DNA of 63,596 nt, filler included, from Octopus bimaculoides (taxonomy: Eukaryota): NCBI RefSeq assembly GCF_001194135.2. It is 9 parts of 8 records of this genome, joined end to end, with 100 filler letters (N's around TTAATTAATTAA, not from the genome) between each part and the next. Parts side by side here need not be neighbours in the genome. Positions count along the whole stretch, not along the records: positions 39,774 to 56,867 come from NC_069000.1; positions 56,968 to 59,745 come from NC_068984.1; positions 59,846 to 63,596 come from NC_069000.1; 6 more parts are not named here. One strand, given 5' to 3'. Below the pieces are notes generated by a model that worked only from the letters and a program-made list of their open reading frames with translations, ran no database searches and was not told the origin of the DNA. The stretch's first letter is position 1; every line of letters starts with the position of its first letter. Shown one piece after another: positions 50,928 to 62,966 of the stretch. The translations under genes were made by a program, and so were the position numbers.

Positions 50928-51137
50928 AAGGCGGCGAGTTGGCACGCCGACCAAAACGCTTAACGGTATTTTCGTCCTTCTTTATGTTTTGAGTTCAAAT
51001 TCCGCCGAGGTTGACTTTACCTTTTACCCTTTCGGCGTCGATAAAATAAGTACCAGTTGAACACAGGGGTCGATGTAATCGACTTACCCATTGCTTCGAA
51101 TTTGCTGTCCTTGTGTCAAAATTTGAAAGCAATATTT
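50928..51137 (+). mobile_element. SINE family A
   Basis: Head, B-box GAGTTCAAATTCCG, core, tail. Confidence 0.85.
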
Positions 51138-51640
51138 ATGTAGTAGGTATTTTATAATAATAAATTCTCATCAAATAGCAATTTATTTGCTGAATTTTTA
51201 AACAAGAGCGTCGACTTTTATTAGAGTCAGTTGACCCGTGTGCTTTTGCCCGTCGAGACACAACGATGCCGGAACAACGGTTGTCCTAGAGTTCCTTGCA
51301 CTGAAGCGTTGAATATGTTATGAACACACATTCGTCGTAAAGGAAAAGTTGTTTTCATGTTTTATAATAATAGGTATTTTATATTAATAATTCGTTATCA
51401 GCAATCAGTTTGTCTGCTGAATTTATAAACAAGAGCGTTGACTTTTGTTAAATTTATTAAACCCGGGCATTTCTGGCTGATGGGAAACAACGATGTCGAA
51501 ACACCGGTTGTTCTAGAGTCTCTTGCACTATAGAATCGAGTATGGTATGAACATACATTTGTCGTAAAGGAGTTGTTCTCATGCGAGAAAATACACCAGC
51601 GATTAGCATATTCATACTCGAACCTGTCGGAACGAATTTA
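51138..51640 (+). repeat. Unclassified interspersed repeat, two diverged units (period about 227 bp); same family as 42660-43150, opposite strand
   Basis: GCTGAATTT.TAAACAAGAGCGT.GACTTTT at 51189 and 51416; shared ACAACGATG.CG.AAC..CGGTTGT.CTAGAGT block. Confidence 0.72.
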
Positions 51641-52057
51641 AAATTAATAAGCAAGTCATCTTTATTTTATAACAGTTTTCTTATTACAAGAGATTCGTTA
51701 CTGCTTCCTGCATATAATATTCTCTGTCAGCATAAATATTAATTATTTCTTTTACCGTCATTATTTTCCGTCATATCTAAGTTTGCTTATTTAAGCTTTT
51801 ATTATACGTCAGCCCGCGTCTCCTTTATGCCATTGTCACGTGTACTGTTATGGAGTTTAGTATTTTCAGGCTTTTAAGTTTGATCATTGGACTAGCCCCT
51901 TCCGCCGAATGAAACGATTGGGTGCAGCTGTTTAGACGATTGGGTGCAGCTGATGAATTGGCCTGACTGACTGGTCATTCATCCTGTTTTGACGTGCATT
52001 TTTTAACATTGGGAGGAAACACACATTCACGTTTGTACTCACATTAAGGTCAGGAAG

Positions 52058-52147
<90 letters not shown>
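52058..52147 (+). repeat. (GA)n microsatellite
   Basis: Read directly from the sequence. Confidence 0.95.
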
Positions 52148-52148
<1 letters not shown>

Positions 52149-54186
52149 GAGAGAAATTTGAAAACGTCGTATCAGTGACGCCAAATAAGCGGCATCAAAA
52201 CGGCTGCACTAGAATGCAAGAGTATGCCATTTACTAGATGGCTTTAGCTCCGAAGATGCTTGTTTGTTTGTTAAAAACTGTTGTTTTCGCTTTATTGACG
52301 ACTGCTTGGACACTAGAGGGAAACTTACCAAAAAGTGTTCTGATTCCGTTCTGATCTTTTCTTTAAGTGCCGGCCTTTAATTGTTTTGATGTGGAGAGAA
52401 ATCCAAACAATTGATACATCCAAAGAGTTGTATTATTACTTTGGATGTGTTGAGACATCTAAACAGTTTTAAGTCTCTATATGAGCTGTTGTAAAATAAT
52501 ATTATTGTTCGGACTATTAATACAATTTTTATATATTGTTGCAAAATGCGGCCTCCTGACACCAACACAGTTCCAACAGTCAAGTGAGCAGCTGGGAAAC
52601 TGCAGGCCAGCCCAGCAAGTCTGGAAGTATTAGTCGTACCTGGCTATTTATCTTGTGTAATGTGGTTCTTCGTCGCCCGAGTTCACTTCGACTGGTCACG
52701 TCGCATCTTTTTTCCAACTGTCTTCGTTGTCAGCTTCACACTGACTGTAGTCCCAGATCACCTGACTTCACACCACCAACCTCCACACCATGTGTTCACT
52801 CACTGGTTTATATAGTTCACCTCACAGTAAAAAGCGCGCAAAAAGAAAACGAGCAGCATTCTTTGAACCAGTTACGTGATCAATGAACATTATTTCTCAT
52901 TAGAATTAATTCTTGATCCCTTATTGGTTTTCTTTTGTAGAACTAGAAAACAATATTTCAATTTCGAGTAGTACCATTTAAAATCATATTTACCAGAATA
53001 TTTCCCCTTTGTAACAACAGTATATACTTGCAGTATTATATCTATACTACATTTCCATCTTTTGTCATCGTATGTCTTATTCTTGAAAGTGTATAATGTC
53101 CAGACAGTATTCGAACTAGGAATTTTGTGGCCTAAAATATGAATAATATAGAACAATAATTATTGAAATTTTGGGTTATTTAAATTTACACTTCAGTGAC
53201 AGCACCCATACCAAGCTAAAGCCAGTGCTGATATTACTTGGGGTAGAGTTCTCAGACACCTTCTTCACAGGGTCCTATCAAAAGCAACCACCATTAGATT
53301 TTCAGGCTGGATTTCCAAGCGTGACCAACCGAAGCTATGGATGTTATCCAACCATCTCGTTATTGCTCTACTCCTAGGTTACCATCCTGATAACTCAACT
53401 TGAAAAATGCGTGAAATTATAATATGCTCATTATAATATAATATATATTTATTATATATTCAAATATATTCAGCCGTGTTGTATATGCAGATGAAGTCAC
53501 ATATCTGACAATAGAAATACTCCGATTATGGTCGAAATTACGTAAGAAAAACTATTAGCTATTTTCGCCTTATTTCATTTACTTTTTCTACGCCCAAGTT
53601 CCACTTTCCGATGATGTCTATAAGGAATACGTAGAGAGGTTTACTGAAAACAGATGCTTTAGCCGGACGCTGCTTCTGATAGAACTCTATTGAGGAGGCA
53701 CCAGAAGACTCTAAACCCAGTAACCTTCTAGGAATAGTGGGCAGAGTAGAACGGATGGGCGCAGTTATCCCCTAAACCGGGTGTCTTTGTCGTGCCAGGT
53801 CTGTCTTTTTCCTTATTGCTACATTAGTGTTTTCAGTCAATTTTAAAATGTTATAAGGTACCACTCATAAGGTGTTATGGAACATCATTCCTTAGTCCTT
53901 ACAGAGCATCATCCATTAGGCATCCACATGCAGTTAGTAGATAGCACTCTTATGATGTCACTAAGTACCATTCTTAAGATGCTATTAAGTCCCACCCATA
54001 AATCTTTCTTTAGTATTATTCATTAGAGTTCACTCATTAAGCCATCATTAAATATCAGTCATACGTCATTATTAAGAAGCGCTCATAGATCATTATCAGT
54101 TGCCACTAATAAATCGTTATTAAATACCATTGATTTAGTAATGCTCATTAGTAACTGTTAGTTTCCGATAATATTATTGTTAGTAA

Positions 54187-54400
54187 TTCTTTCTACTGTA
54201 GACACAAGGACAGCAATTTTAGGGGAAAGGGCAAGTTGATTATATCAATCCCAGTGCTCAGCTGCTACTTGTTTAATCGACCCCGAAAAAGATTTTAAAA
54301 ATTCACAGTCGATCTAGGTGGTATTTGAACTCAGAACGTAAAGCCAGGAATGCCACTATGCGTTTTGTCCGATGTGCTCACGATTCTGCCAGCTTGCCAC
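54187..54400 (-). mobile_element. SINE family A
   Basis: Tail, core and head on the minus strand. Confidence 0.78.
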
Positions 54401-54535
54401 AAAATATTGTTCATACTATCATTACTAATGTATGGATTGAACTAACGGTTAAAATTTTCAACAGATATCGTAAACATGGGAGATAATTTGAAACAGAAAG
54501 ACACAAGAGGTTTGCTTCATTTTTTTATGGCGTCG

Positions 54536-54665
54536 TGACTTCAATAGTTTTCCTTTGTTATGACGTTTGTGAGACTGTGATCTGTATTTTGACGTCAATA
54601 GATTTGTTCCTCTTCTATGACATCACTGAATCTGTCTCCCTTTCATGACGTCACTAGGTTTGTTT
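54536..54665. repeat. Degenerate 28-bp tandem repeat carrying CRE/CRE-like octamers
   Basis: TGACTTCA 54536, TGACGTTT 54561, TGACGTCA 54590, TGACATCA 54618, TGACGTCA 54646. Confidence 0.65.
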
Positions 54666-55164
54666 CTCGTTCCCTATTTCAAATTTACTAGAGTATCCGA
54701 GCTGTCGATAATGACGGCGGGTTACAACTTTTTTGGTTTGTATGTATAAATATTCGATTTTTCCAATTGGAGATATTGTTGAAAAATGTACAAGATATAA
54801 ATTTCAAATGAGAGTATGACGATGTAAGTAAAAATACCAAAATAACAGGGAAAATAAGTTAATTATATTTATCACTTTCCAAATATACAGGTTTGATAAC
54901 TTTTAATATGTACAATATGTTGCAGTCAATGATTCACTCGTTATTCTACATTATGTTATTTTCTACAACAAATATTCTACCTAATTTCCTAAATGATGTA
55001 CATGTATGTGTCTGCAACACTATCAAAGTACATGTGTACTTACACATTGGTACTTGATCTTACAAGCATGTCAGATAATTTTATAGAGGTTTTCAAGAGA
55101 TAGCAGGTGTGGTTTCTACTCAAAAGATACAAATTTACATAAGCATTATTATTCACATTTACTA

Positions 55165-55238
55165 CAAAGTTCCCGAAGAACAAAGTTCCCGAAGAACAAA
55201 GTTCCTGAAGAACAAAGTTCCTGAAGAACAAAGTTCCT
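55165..55238 (+). repeat. 16-bp tandem repeat CAAAGTTCC(C/T)GAAGAA, about 4.6 copies
   Basis: Read directly from the sequence. Confidence 0.93.
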
Positions 55239-56165
55239 CATATAGAGATGAGGAAGCACCAATACACCTTGGGTTTCTTAAATTTCAATCTGTAATTTCA
55301 AATTACTTCTGGTTTTTGATCTGTTAAAATCAAGACTTATATACGTGCAGTATAATAAGTAAGTTGGTTAAAGCTGAAAACATGATAGGTCTCAGAAAAT
55401 TGAATATAAAAGGTAAAAGTGGAATACAATTGAATACATGAAGGTGAATAATAAATAGTGGAATAAGTGTAAATACAAAAACAAATAGCGTATTTTAAAT
55501 ACATATTGATGATACATAGCGTAATATATATNNNNNNNNNNNNNNNNNNNNNNNNNNNNNNNNNNNNNNNNNNNNNNNNNNNNNNNNNNNNNNNNNNNNN
55601 NNNNNNNNNNNNNNNNNNNNNNNNNNNNNNNNNNNNNNNNNNNNNNNNNNNNNNNNNNNNNNNNNNNNNNNNNNNNNNNNNNNNNNNNNNNNNNNNNNNN
55701 NNNNNNNNNNNNNNNNNNNNNNNNNNNNNNNNNNNNNNNNNNNNNNNNNNNNNNNNNNNNNNNNNNNNNNNNNNNNNNNNNNNNNNNNNNNNNNNNNNNN
55801 NNNNNNNNNNNNNNNNNNNNNNNNNNNNNNNNNNNNNNNNNNNNNNNNNNNNNNNNNNNNNNNNNNNNNNNNNNNNGTAATTTCTCACAGGAATTTCCAA
55901 TGGCCGGATAACTGAAGAGATGGCGGCGTGGGTTCCCACCCCCACCGGCATCCGAAACTCGGAGTTTTATCATGGCTACCGAATAAGTGTCACATATTTT
56001 TACATATAAATTCGTCTATTTACATAATATCGAGATCTATTTCTTTCTTTCTTTTGTTGTCCTTTCTATCAATGTATATATATATATATATACCCGCTTA
56101 TGCTGTTTAACACTAATCTTGCATACATTGATATAAAATATATGCCTGTTTGTATTCATTCATAG

Positions 56166-56261
56166 CTTTATGCAAAGAACGATGTCAAAATGGAGGTCGA
56201 TGTGTTAAGAAAGGTCACTGTTGGTGTGCCCCAGACTTTTATGGTGAAGCTTGCCAATATC
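56166..56261 (+). CDS. Single EGF-like-domain exon, (x)LCKERCQNGGRCVKKGHCWCAPDFYGEACQY(x); WIF1/Shifted-type or VWDE-type secreted EGF-repeat protein
   Basis: Acceptor ttgtattcattcatag ending 56165, donor C|gtaagt at 56262, 96 nt, phase 1/1, six Cys in EGF spacing with NGG and FYG motifs. Too short for the ORF track. Resembles the 32-aa exon-per-repeat EGFs of WIF1/Shifted; the family cannot be fixed from one exon. Confidence 0.88.
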
Positions 56262-56677
56262 GTAAGTAAAATTTCTCTCTTTCAAGTTACGTATTGAAAT
56301 ATTAAAATGACAAATTCATTAAAATAATTACCTGTTGGCTACTGGGTTCCATAATGGGCTAGCCCCACCCCTCACCCTACAAAAATTTCATACCTTGTGC
56401 CTATACCCGAAAGAATAATATATATACATACATACATACATACATACGTACATACATACATGTTATAATATAAATAATATATATGTGCATTTAAACATAC
56501 GTATATGTACATACTTACACATATACGTATATACATATGCATATGTGGGCACAGGGCGTCACAGAACGTAAACAACATGAAATACGAAAACAACGAGAAA
56601 TACGAAATACGAATACATGGAATATGAACTGTTTTTGCGAACAACGAAAGAAACAAATGGAAAACAAGACAAGCAAC

Positions 56678-56711
<34 letters not shown>

Positions 56712-57390
56712 TCTTTTCTTTCTTTCTTTTCTTTTTTATTCTTTTATTTGTCTCGCTTTTTTCCGAACCGCTAGGTTACGGGGACGTAAACACACCAGCA
56801 TCGGTTCTCAAGCGATTGTGGGGGGACACAGACACACAAACATATACATATACTTACATACATACATNNNNNNNNNNNNNNNNNNNNNNNNNNNNNNNNN
56901 NNNNNNNNNNNTTAATTAATTAANNNNNNNNNNNNNNNNNNNNNNNNNNNNNNNNNNNNNNNNNNNNGTCGATTACATGGACCCTAGTACTAAACTGGTA
57001 TATAGTAAAGATGAAATACAAAGCTGACCTCGGTGGAATTTGAACTCTGAACATGAGTGGGAAAAAATACCACTAGACATCTTGTTCGACACACTAATAG
57101 TTATTAGTACTGTTGTGTGACCGAAGGCTATGTCTTTGAATTGGTTTCTATCACATTCTTGACTATATCTAAATGTCTCCGTTAAATATCGCCCAATCGT
57201 TTCTATAACCCAAACCGTGTAGAATAAAGTTTAGGCAAGTGCGAGGTGGGAATCGTTCCTGCGATCAGAACCTCGCCCCTTGTCCTTTTATCGGGTTTGC
57301 TACTCCTTAAAATACCCTGTCCCCATCCATGTGGTTTAATTAATAGAGAGAGAGGGGGGAGAAAGAGAGAGAGAGAGAGAGAGAGAGGGG

Positions 57391-57430
<40 letters not shown>

Positions 57431-57499
57431 TGTTTGTCACATGACCGAATGAAGCTTACTTGTGACGTCACTGGTGTGTGACGTCACTAGCAGTAATGG

Positions 57500-57909
57500 A
57501 AACTAATGGAGGCAATACTACTGTTGGAAATACCATTGCATTATCTTGTCAACATTGCTGCTGCTGCTGCTGCTGCGTATCTATTTGCCATACAGCTGCA
57601 ACTGCGCCTGCTGCTACTGCTACTACTACTACTACTACTACTACTACTGTTACTGCTGCTGCTGTAGCTACGGTTTCAGCTGCTGCGTATCTACTAATGA
57701 TACAGCTGCAACTGCTGACGCTGCTGCCCCTGCTTTAGATGCTATTAGTACTACTGTCACTACTACTATTACTACTGTCACTACTACTATTACTGCTGCT
57801 GCTGCTCTTCATTCTCTCTTCTACCGCTGCAACTACCGCTGTTTTTAATACTGCAGCAGCAACCACTTCCACTGCAATATTACTATTATTACAGTAGCTG
57901 CTGCTGCTT

Positions 57910-57945
<36 letters not shown>

Positions 57946-58410
57946 ACAAAGATTTTCTTAATTTAGCTAGATATGAGAAGTGTAGTCATTCATACAGTTC
58001 TCGGTATTTTTAAAGTACATGTCTTACTACCTTGTACTTGATCGGGGTATCTATCTACCCGAAATCAATATTACAAGCTCCATTCAAACGCTGAGATCTC
58101 TCTCTCTCTCTCTCTCTCTCTACCCTGGTATAAATTTCACACATTCTGGTCAAATACTAGGGGCGGGTGGGGGTGCCTATATCTACCCGGAATTAATAAA
58201 ACATGTCGTAGTATTTGAACAGAGCAGCTATTGCTTACACCCGGGTAGATGGAGTTCATAGTACTGGCACTCGGGTGGATTCAACACAAATGGCGGAGAG
58301 CTGGATTTGGTGCGAAGCTCCTGGGGACAATAACGAAACACGCAAAGCGTTTTATACGACACTCTACCGACCCACCGCTACCACTAACAACAAACAAAAC
58401 AACATTAGCA

Positions 58411-58458
<48 letters not shown>

Positions 58459-58644
58459 GCTACTACCACTACGGCTACTGCTGCTGCTGCTGCTAATACT
58501 GCTACTTGTTCTGAGTTCGAATCCCGTTAAAATCAATCATTACTCCAGGGACTGCACTGGGTCGATATTCTTAATTGTCCTCTCTAACATAAAATGTAAG
58601 ATCTTTTCTCTCTCTTCCCCTCTCTCTTTGTCTCTCTCTCTCCC

Positions 58645-58699
<55 letters not shown>

Positions 58700-58708
58700 C
58701 AGCAGCAA

Positions 58709-58743
<35 letters not shown>

Positions 58744-59220
58744 TCTCTCTTGCAGTTGGTTATTGTTCAGCCCCTCCAAGTCAGTCTTGATGGAGAAGAC
58801 CAATAAACCAATAAGCAAAGGCCCTCCAGCCATGAACAACCCATCTTATTTCCCTGGGCAGTGGGGGGGGGGCACAGTATTCCGTTATCCAATACAGTGA
58901 GGCGGCAGAAGGCTGTGATTTAACGAAGATCTGGCTACTATTTCTTGCAAGCCCACCTACCACCTGGAGGCATACTACCCTGTTGACTTCTGCCTTTGGT
59001 GGTGGCGATGTCGAGTAGTTCTACCATCTGATGGTACCATCGATAGTAGTGCTGCTGCTACTATAGCGGGTTTCCTGCCGCTGCTGCTGCTGGTTGCATC
59101 TACTGTTACTGCTGCCACCGCCACCACCACCACTACTATCACTACCACCAGCACTATTACTATTACTACTACTGCTGCTGCTGTTACGCCTTACGCTAAA
59201 ACACTTTAGCGACAGCAGTA
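57500..59220. repeat. Cryptic trinucleotide-repeat region (CTA/CTG/TAG/CAC tracts)
   Basis: (CTA)n at about 57620, 57910 and 58410; (TAG)n at about 58645-58740; CTG and CAC tracts at 59040-59190. Confidence 0.85.
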
Positions 59221-59542
59221 ACTGAAACAACTTCTTACGTAGACACGAATTTTCGGGGAGTAAGAAAGAGAAAAAAGCGAGAGAGAGATGGGAGAGAAGG
59301 AAGAGGGGGACTTATGTAGTTTGTTTTTGTCTGTTTATTTCTGGGGTTCATTTTATCTTCTATCAAACATCATATTCACGCCTCACCCACTCGAGCGGAA
59401 CGAGCGGCAATAAGACGAATTGAACCATTTGCCTCGTCCACAGGGAACTTTCCTTTAAAATGCATTGAACAAGTGTGGGTCCCAGAACATACCGTGGCCC
59501 TCACTCTCCTCCTCCCTGCACCAAAGACTTTAACATTCACAC

Positions 59543-59690
59543 TTGTGGTAAGTAGCTTGCTTACCAACCACATGGTTCCGGGTTCAGTCCCACTGCGTGG
59601 CACCTTGGGCAAGTGTCTTCTACTGTAGCCTCGGGCCGACCAAAGTCTTGTGAGTGGATTTGGTAGACGGAAACTGAAAGAAGCCTGTCG

Positions 59691-59745
<55 letters not shown>
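59543..59745 (+). mobile_element. SINE family B 5' half running into (TA)n(GT)n
   Basis: Near-identical to the reverse complement of 4438-4590. Confidence 0.88.
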
Positions 59746-59845
59746 NNNNNNNNNNNNNNNNNNNNNNNNNNNNNNNNNNNNNNNNNNNNTTAATTAATTA
59801 ANNNNNNNNNNNNNNNNNNNNNNNNNNNNNNNNNNNNNNNNNNNN

Positions 59846-59880
<35 letters not shown>

Positions 59881-60444
59881 CCATGAATATACGAATGTAT
59901 TTATTTACATATGCATGCCTGTTTCTGTATACACATCTAGGTATATAACATCTACAAATATAAAGAAAAAAACAAACAGTTGCTAACGTTTGTACACAAT
60001 GTCACCATATTTTATTTAATTATAACTTAAATATGTTTTCTGTTTAGGCATTCGGCAGATCTTGATATTTTCTTTGTTGAAGATTTTCTTTTTTTTCCCA
60101 TTCCTTAAGAATTCCCACCAAGAAAACATTCCGTGCTACCAAAAAGATTATAAGATCTCACAGTTGATGGATTTCAAAAGACTTTTAATCTTACATAAGA
60201 AAGCATTTGGATGCCGTCGCGACTGTATGTGTGCATAAGTTAGTATAATGTATGTGTGCGTGTTTGTGTGTGTGTTTCTCTGTGTGTGACTGTATGCATG
60301 TCTGTGTGTATGTGTGTGTGTGTGTGTGTAATTGTATATTTTTACATGTATGTGAGTGTGTGTATTTATGGATGGTTGAGTATGTGCGTCTCTTTAAAGA
60401 AAACATTTATTTCCGCATATTAATATAGTGTGGAACTACTCACG

Positions 60445-60481
<37 letters not shown>

Positions 60482-60954
60482 GTACATATTATCTTTTACT
60501 TATTTCGGTCATTGATCAGCGACCATGCTGGTGCACAGCCTTCAAGAATTTTAATGGAACAAAACGACCTCAGAATATATTCCTTTTTTGAAATCTGTTT
60601 CTTATTCTATCGGGATCTTTTGTCGAACAGCTATTTTACCAGTACATAAAACAACCAACACCAGTTGAAAGTGGTTGTGGTGGACACACACCTCACAAGC
60701 CCACACAAACACATACACGTTTTTTTTTTCCCGTTTACAGCAACTAAATTCAGTCACAAACATTGGTCGACTCCTATAGTAGAAGATGCTTTAGGTATCG
60801 TATATTGGGGCTGAATCCGAAATCACGCGGTTGCCAAACGGACCTTTTATCAACACAGTCATTTCTAAATCTTTCTAACTTAGTAGTCTATGTTTTGTGA
60901 ATGAGGTGTAATAAGGTTGAAATCTGTCCTTAAGTTGCTTTAAAGATGAGATCT

Positions 60955-61185
60955 AATTCTATCTTATTTGTCTTCATGCCACTCACCTGGCAAAAATGAG
61001 TAGTACCTTTATTTCAAAGGCCCGGCCTTGTGATATTCTGTGTCACCCTGACTCTCCCTGAGAACTACATTAAGGATATGAGTGTCTGTGGAGTGCTCAG
61101 CCACTTGCACGTTAATTTCTCAAGCAAGCTCTTCTGTTTACCAGATCGACTACACGCCTCGTCGTCGTAACCGACGGAGTACCGG
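60955..61185 (+). mobile_element. SINE family C-related 3' part
   Basis: GTGTCTGTGGAGTGCTCAGCCACTTGCACGTTAATTT...GTCGTAACCGACGGAGT shared with 40045-40150. Confidence 0.7.
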
Positions 61186-61563
61186 TTAATTACAAAACAG
61201 TCTCGATGCTTAAGAGACAGAAAGATGTCCAACGTCTTTAATATGAATACAAATATTTATCCAGATAAAGGGATAGCGTGTGTCCCAGTGGTTATGTTTG
61301 GAAATTCGCATTATTAAGTTACATATTAAATCGATTCGTCATTAGGACCTTTTTATTGAATTCAGGGTTTCAAAGCCGTAAAATTCTGTTGAAGCAGTTC
61401 TCGGAATAAACAGCGTTGCAATCGCAATCGTAAAATTGTGGTTCGGATTCCCAGACCGGAAGGTGCGATGCGTCCTTGAGGAAAACACGTCGTTTCGTGT
61501 TGGTTTGTGACCAATCCGAGATCTAATTTGATGGAGAGAGAGGGAGAGAGATAGAGAAGGAGA

Positions 61564-61670
<107 letters not shown>

Positions 61671-62560
61671 AACAAACGTACAGCACAAACATTTGATCGC
61701 TAGAAGCAAATCATTTTTGCAGGTTGTCCAGCAACAAATTACGGAAGCGTCATCTGTCATATACAACCAGAGTTGTTCGTAATGCACACATACATACATA
61801 CATATATATATGCGCGCACACACACACACACGCACGCACACACACGCTAGTATCTAAGTCTATATGTGTATGTCTTTGATAACTTGTGCTAGTTTGTGAA
61901 TGAGTGTTTGCTAGCGAGTGTGTATATGTACGTGCTTATATGTTCATTTGGGTGTGTATGTGTGTGTATGGGCGTGCATCTGTGCGCCCGTGTGTTCGCG
62001 TCAGCGTGTACGTCTCTTTGCACGCTTGTGTACGCGTGCGCGCCTGCTTCTGTGTGCGTTTGTTTCAGAGTAACTTTTGATTATTTTGCCTATTTTACTG
62101 AACAAATATCAATTCCGAATTAGCGAAACAATTGCAGATAAATTTTTTTCTTTTAATTTTTTAATTTCTTTTATTTTCTATATCGACATTTTTTTTCTTT
62201 TTTTTACATTTCTTCATCAAAAGACTCATTCTTCAAAATAAAGTAGTTACTATGGAAATCATGAAATATGAGCTTCTAATTAATATTGGGTTCTTTGATA
62301 TGCAAGAACGATAACGACATTTAACCGGCGTACACTACATATAGGTTTTGGAAGTGAATACAACATTGCTCGCATTTCATTGTTTTCTATCTCATGTTTA
62401 TGCATTATTGTAACTAATGCAATTATATTGTAGCACATATAAGCTGAGCATTCTTAGAGTAACGTTCTCTATTAAATAATATAGCTGTGTGTGTCCACGT
62501 GTATGTATGTAAGCATGTATCTCTTTATATTATATACACATATGAATATATTATATATAT

Positions 62561-62601
<41 letters not shown>

Positions 62602-62726
62602 NNNNNNNNNNNNNNNNNNNNNNNNNNNNNNNNNNNNNNNNNNNNNNNNNNNNNNNNNNNNNNNNNNNNNNNNNNNNNNNNNNNNNNNNNNNNNNNNNNN
62701 NNNNNNNNNNNNNNNNNNNNNNNNNN

Positions 62727-62780
<54 letters not shown>

Positions 62781-62786
62781 GTAAGG

Positions 62787-62841
<55 letters not shown>

Positions 62842-62864
62842 TGCTCCCTTCTCTTATTATCAAC

Positions 62865-62966
62865 CCCCACCTGGGTAGAATTTGAACTCAGAATGTAAAG
62901 AGGTGGCTGAAATGCCGCTAATAATTTTTGCCTGATTCGCTTACGATTCTGCCAGTTCGCCGCCTT
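62865..62966 (-). mobile_element. SINE family A head fragment
   Basis: GAATTTGAACTCAGAA...GATTCTGCCAGTTCGCCGCCTT. Confidence 0.78.

Noticed and set aside
54421-54480. NVWIELTVKIFNRY resembling the start of a WIF domain
   Set aside because: Register is off by one, no ATG, signal peptide or acceptor upstream (the frame runs into a SINE head), and a stop follows soon.
57478-57848. Mucin-like or poly-Y/T/A ORFs, and the poly-N/D ORF at 63094-63447
   Set aside because: Explained by CTA/CTG and AAC/GAC trinucleotide tracts.
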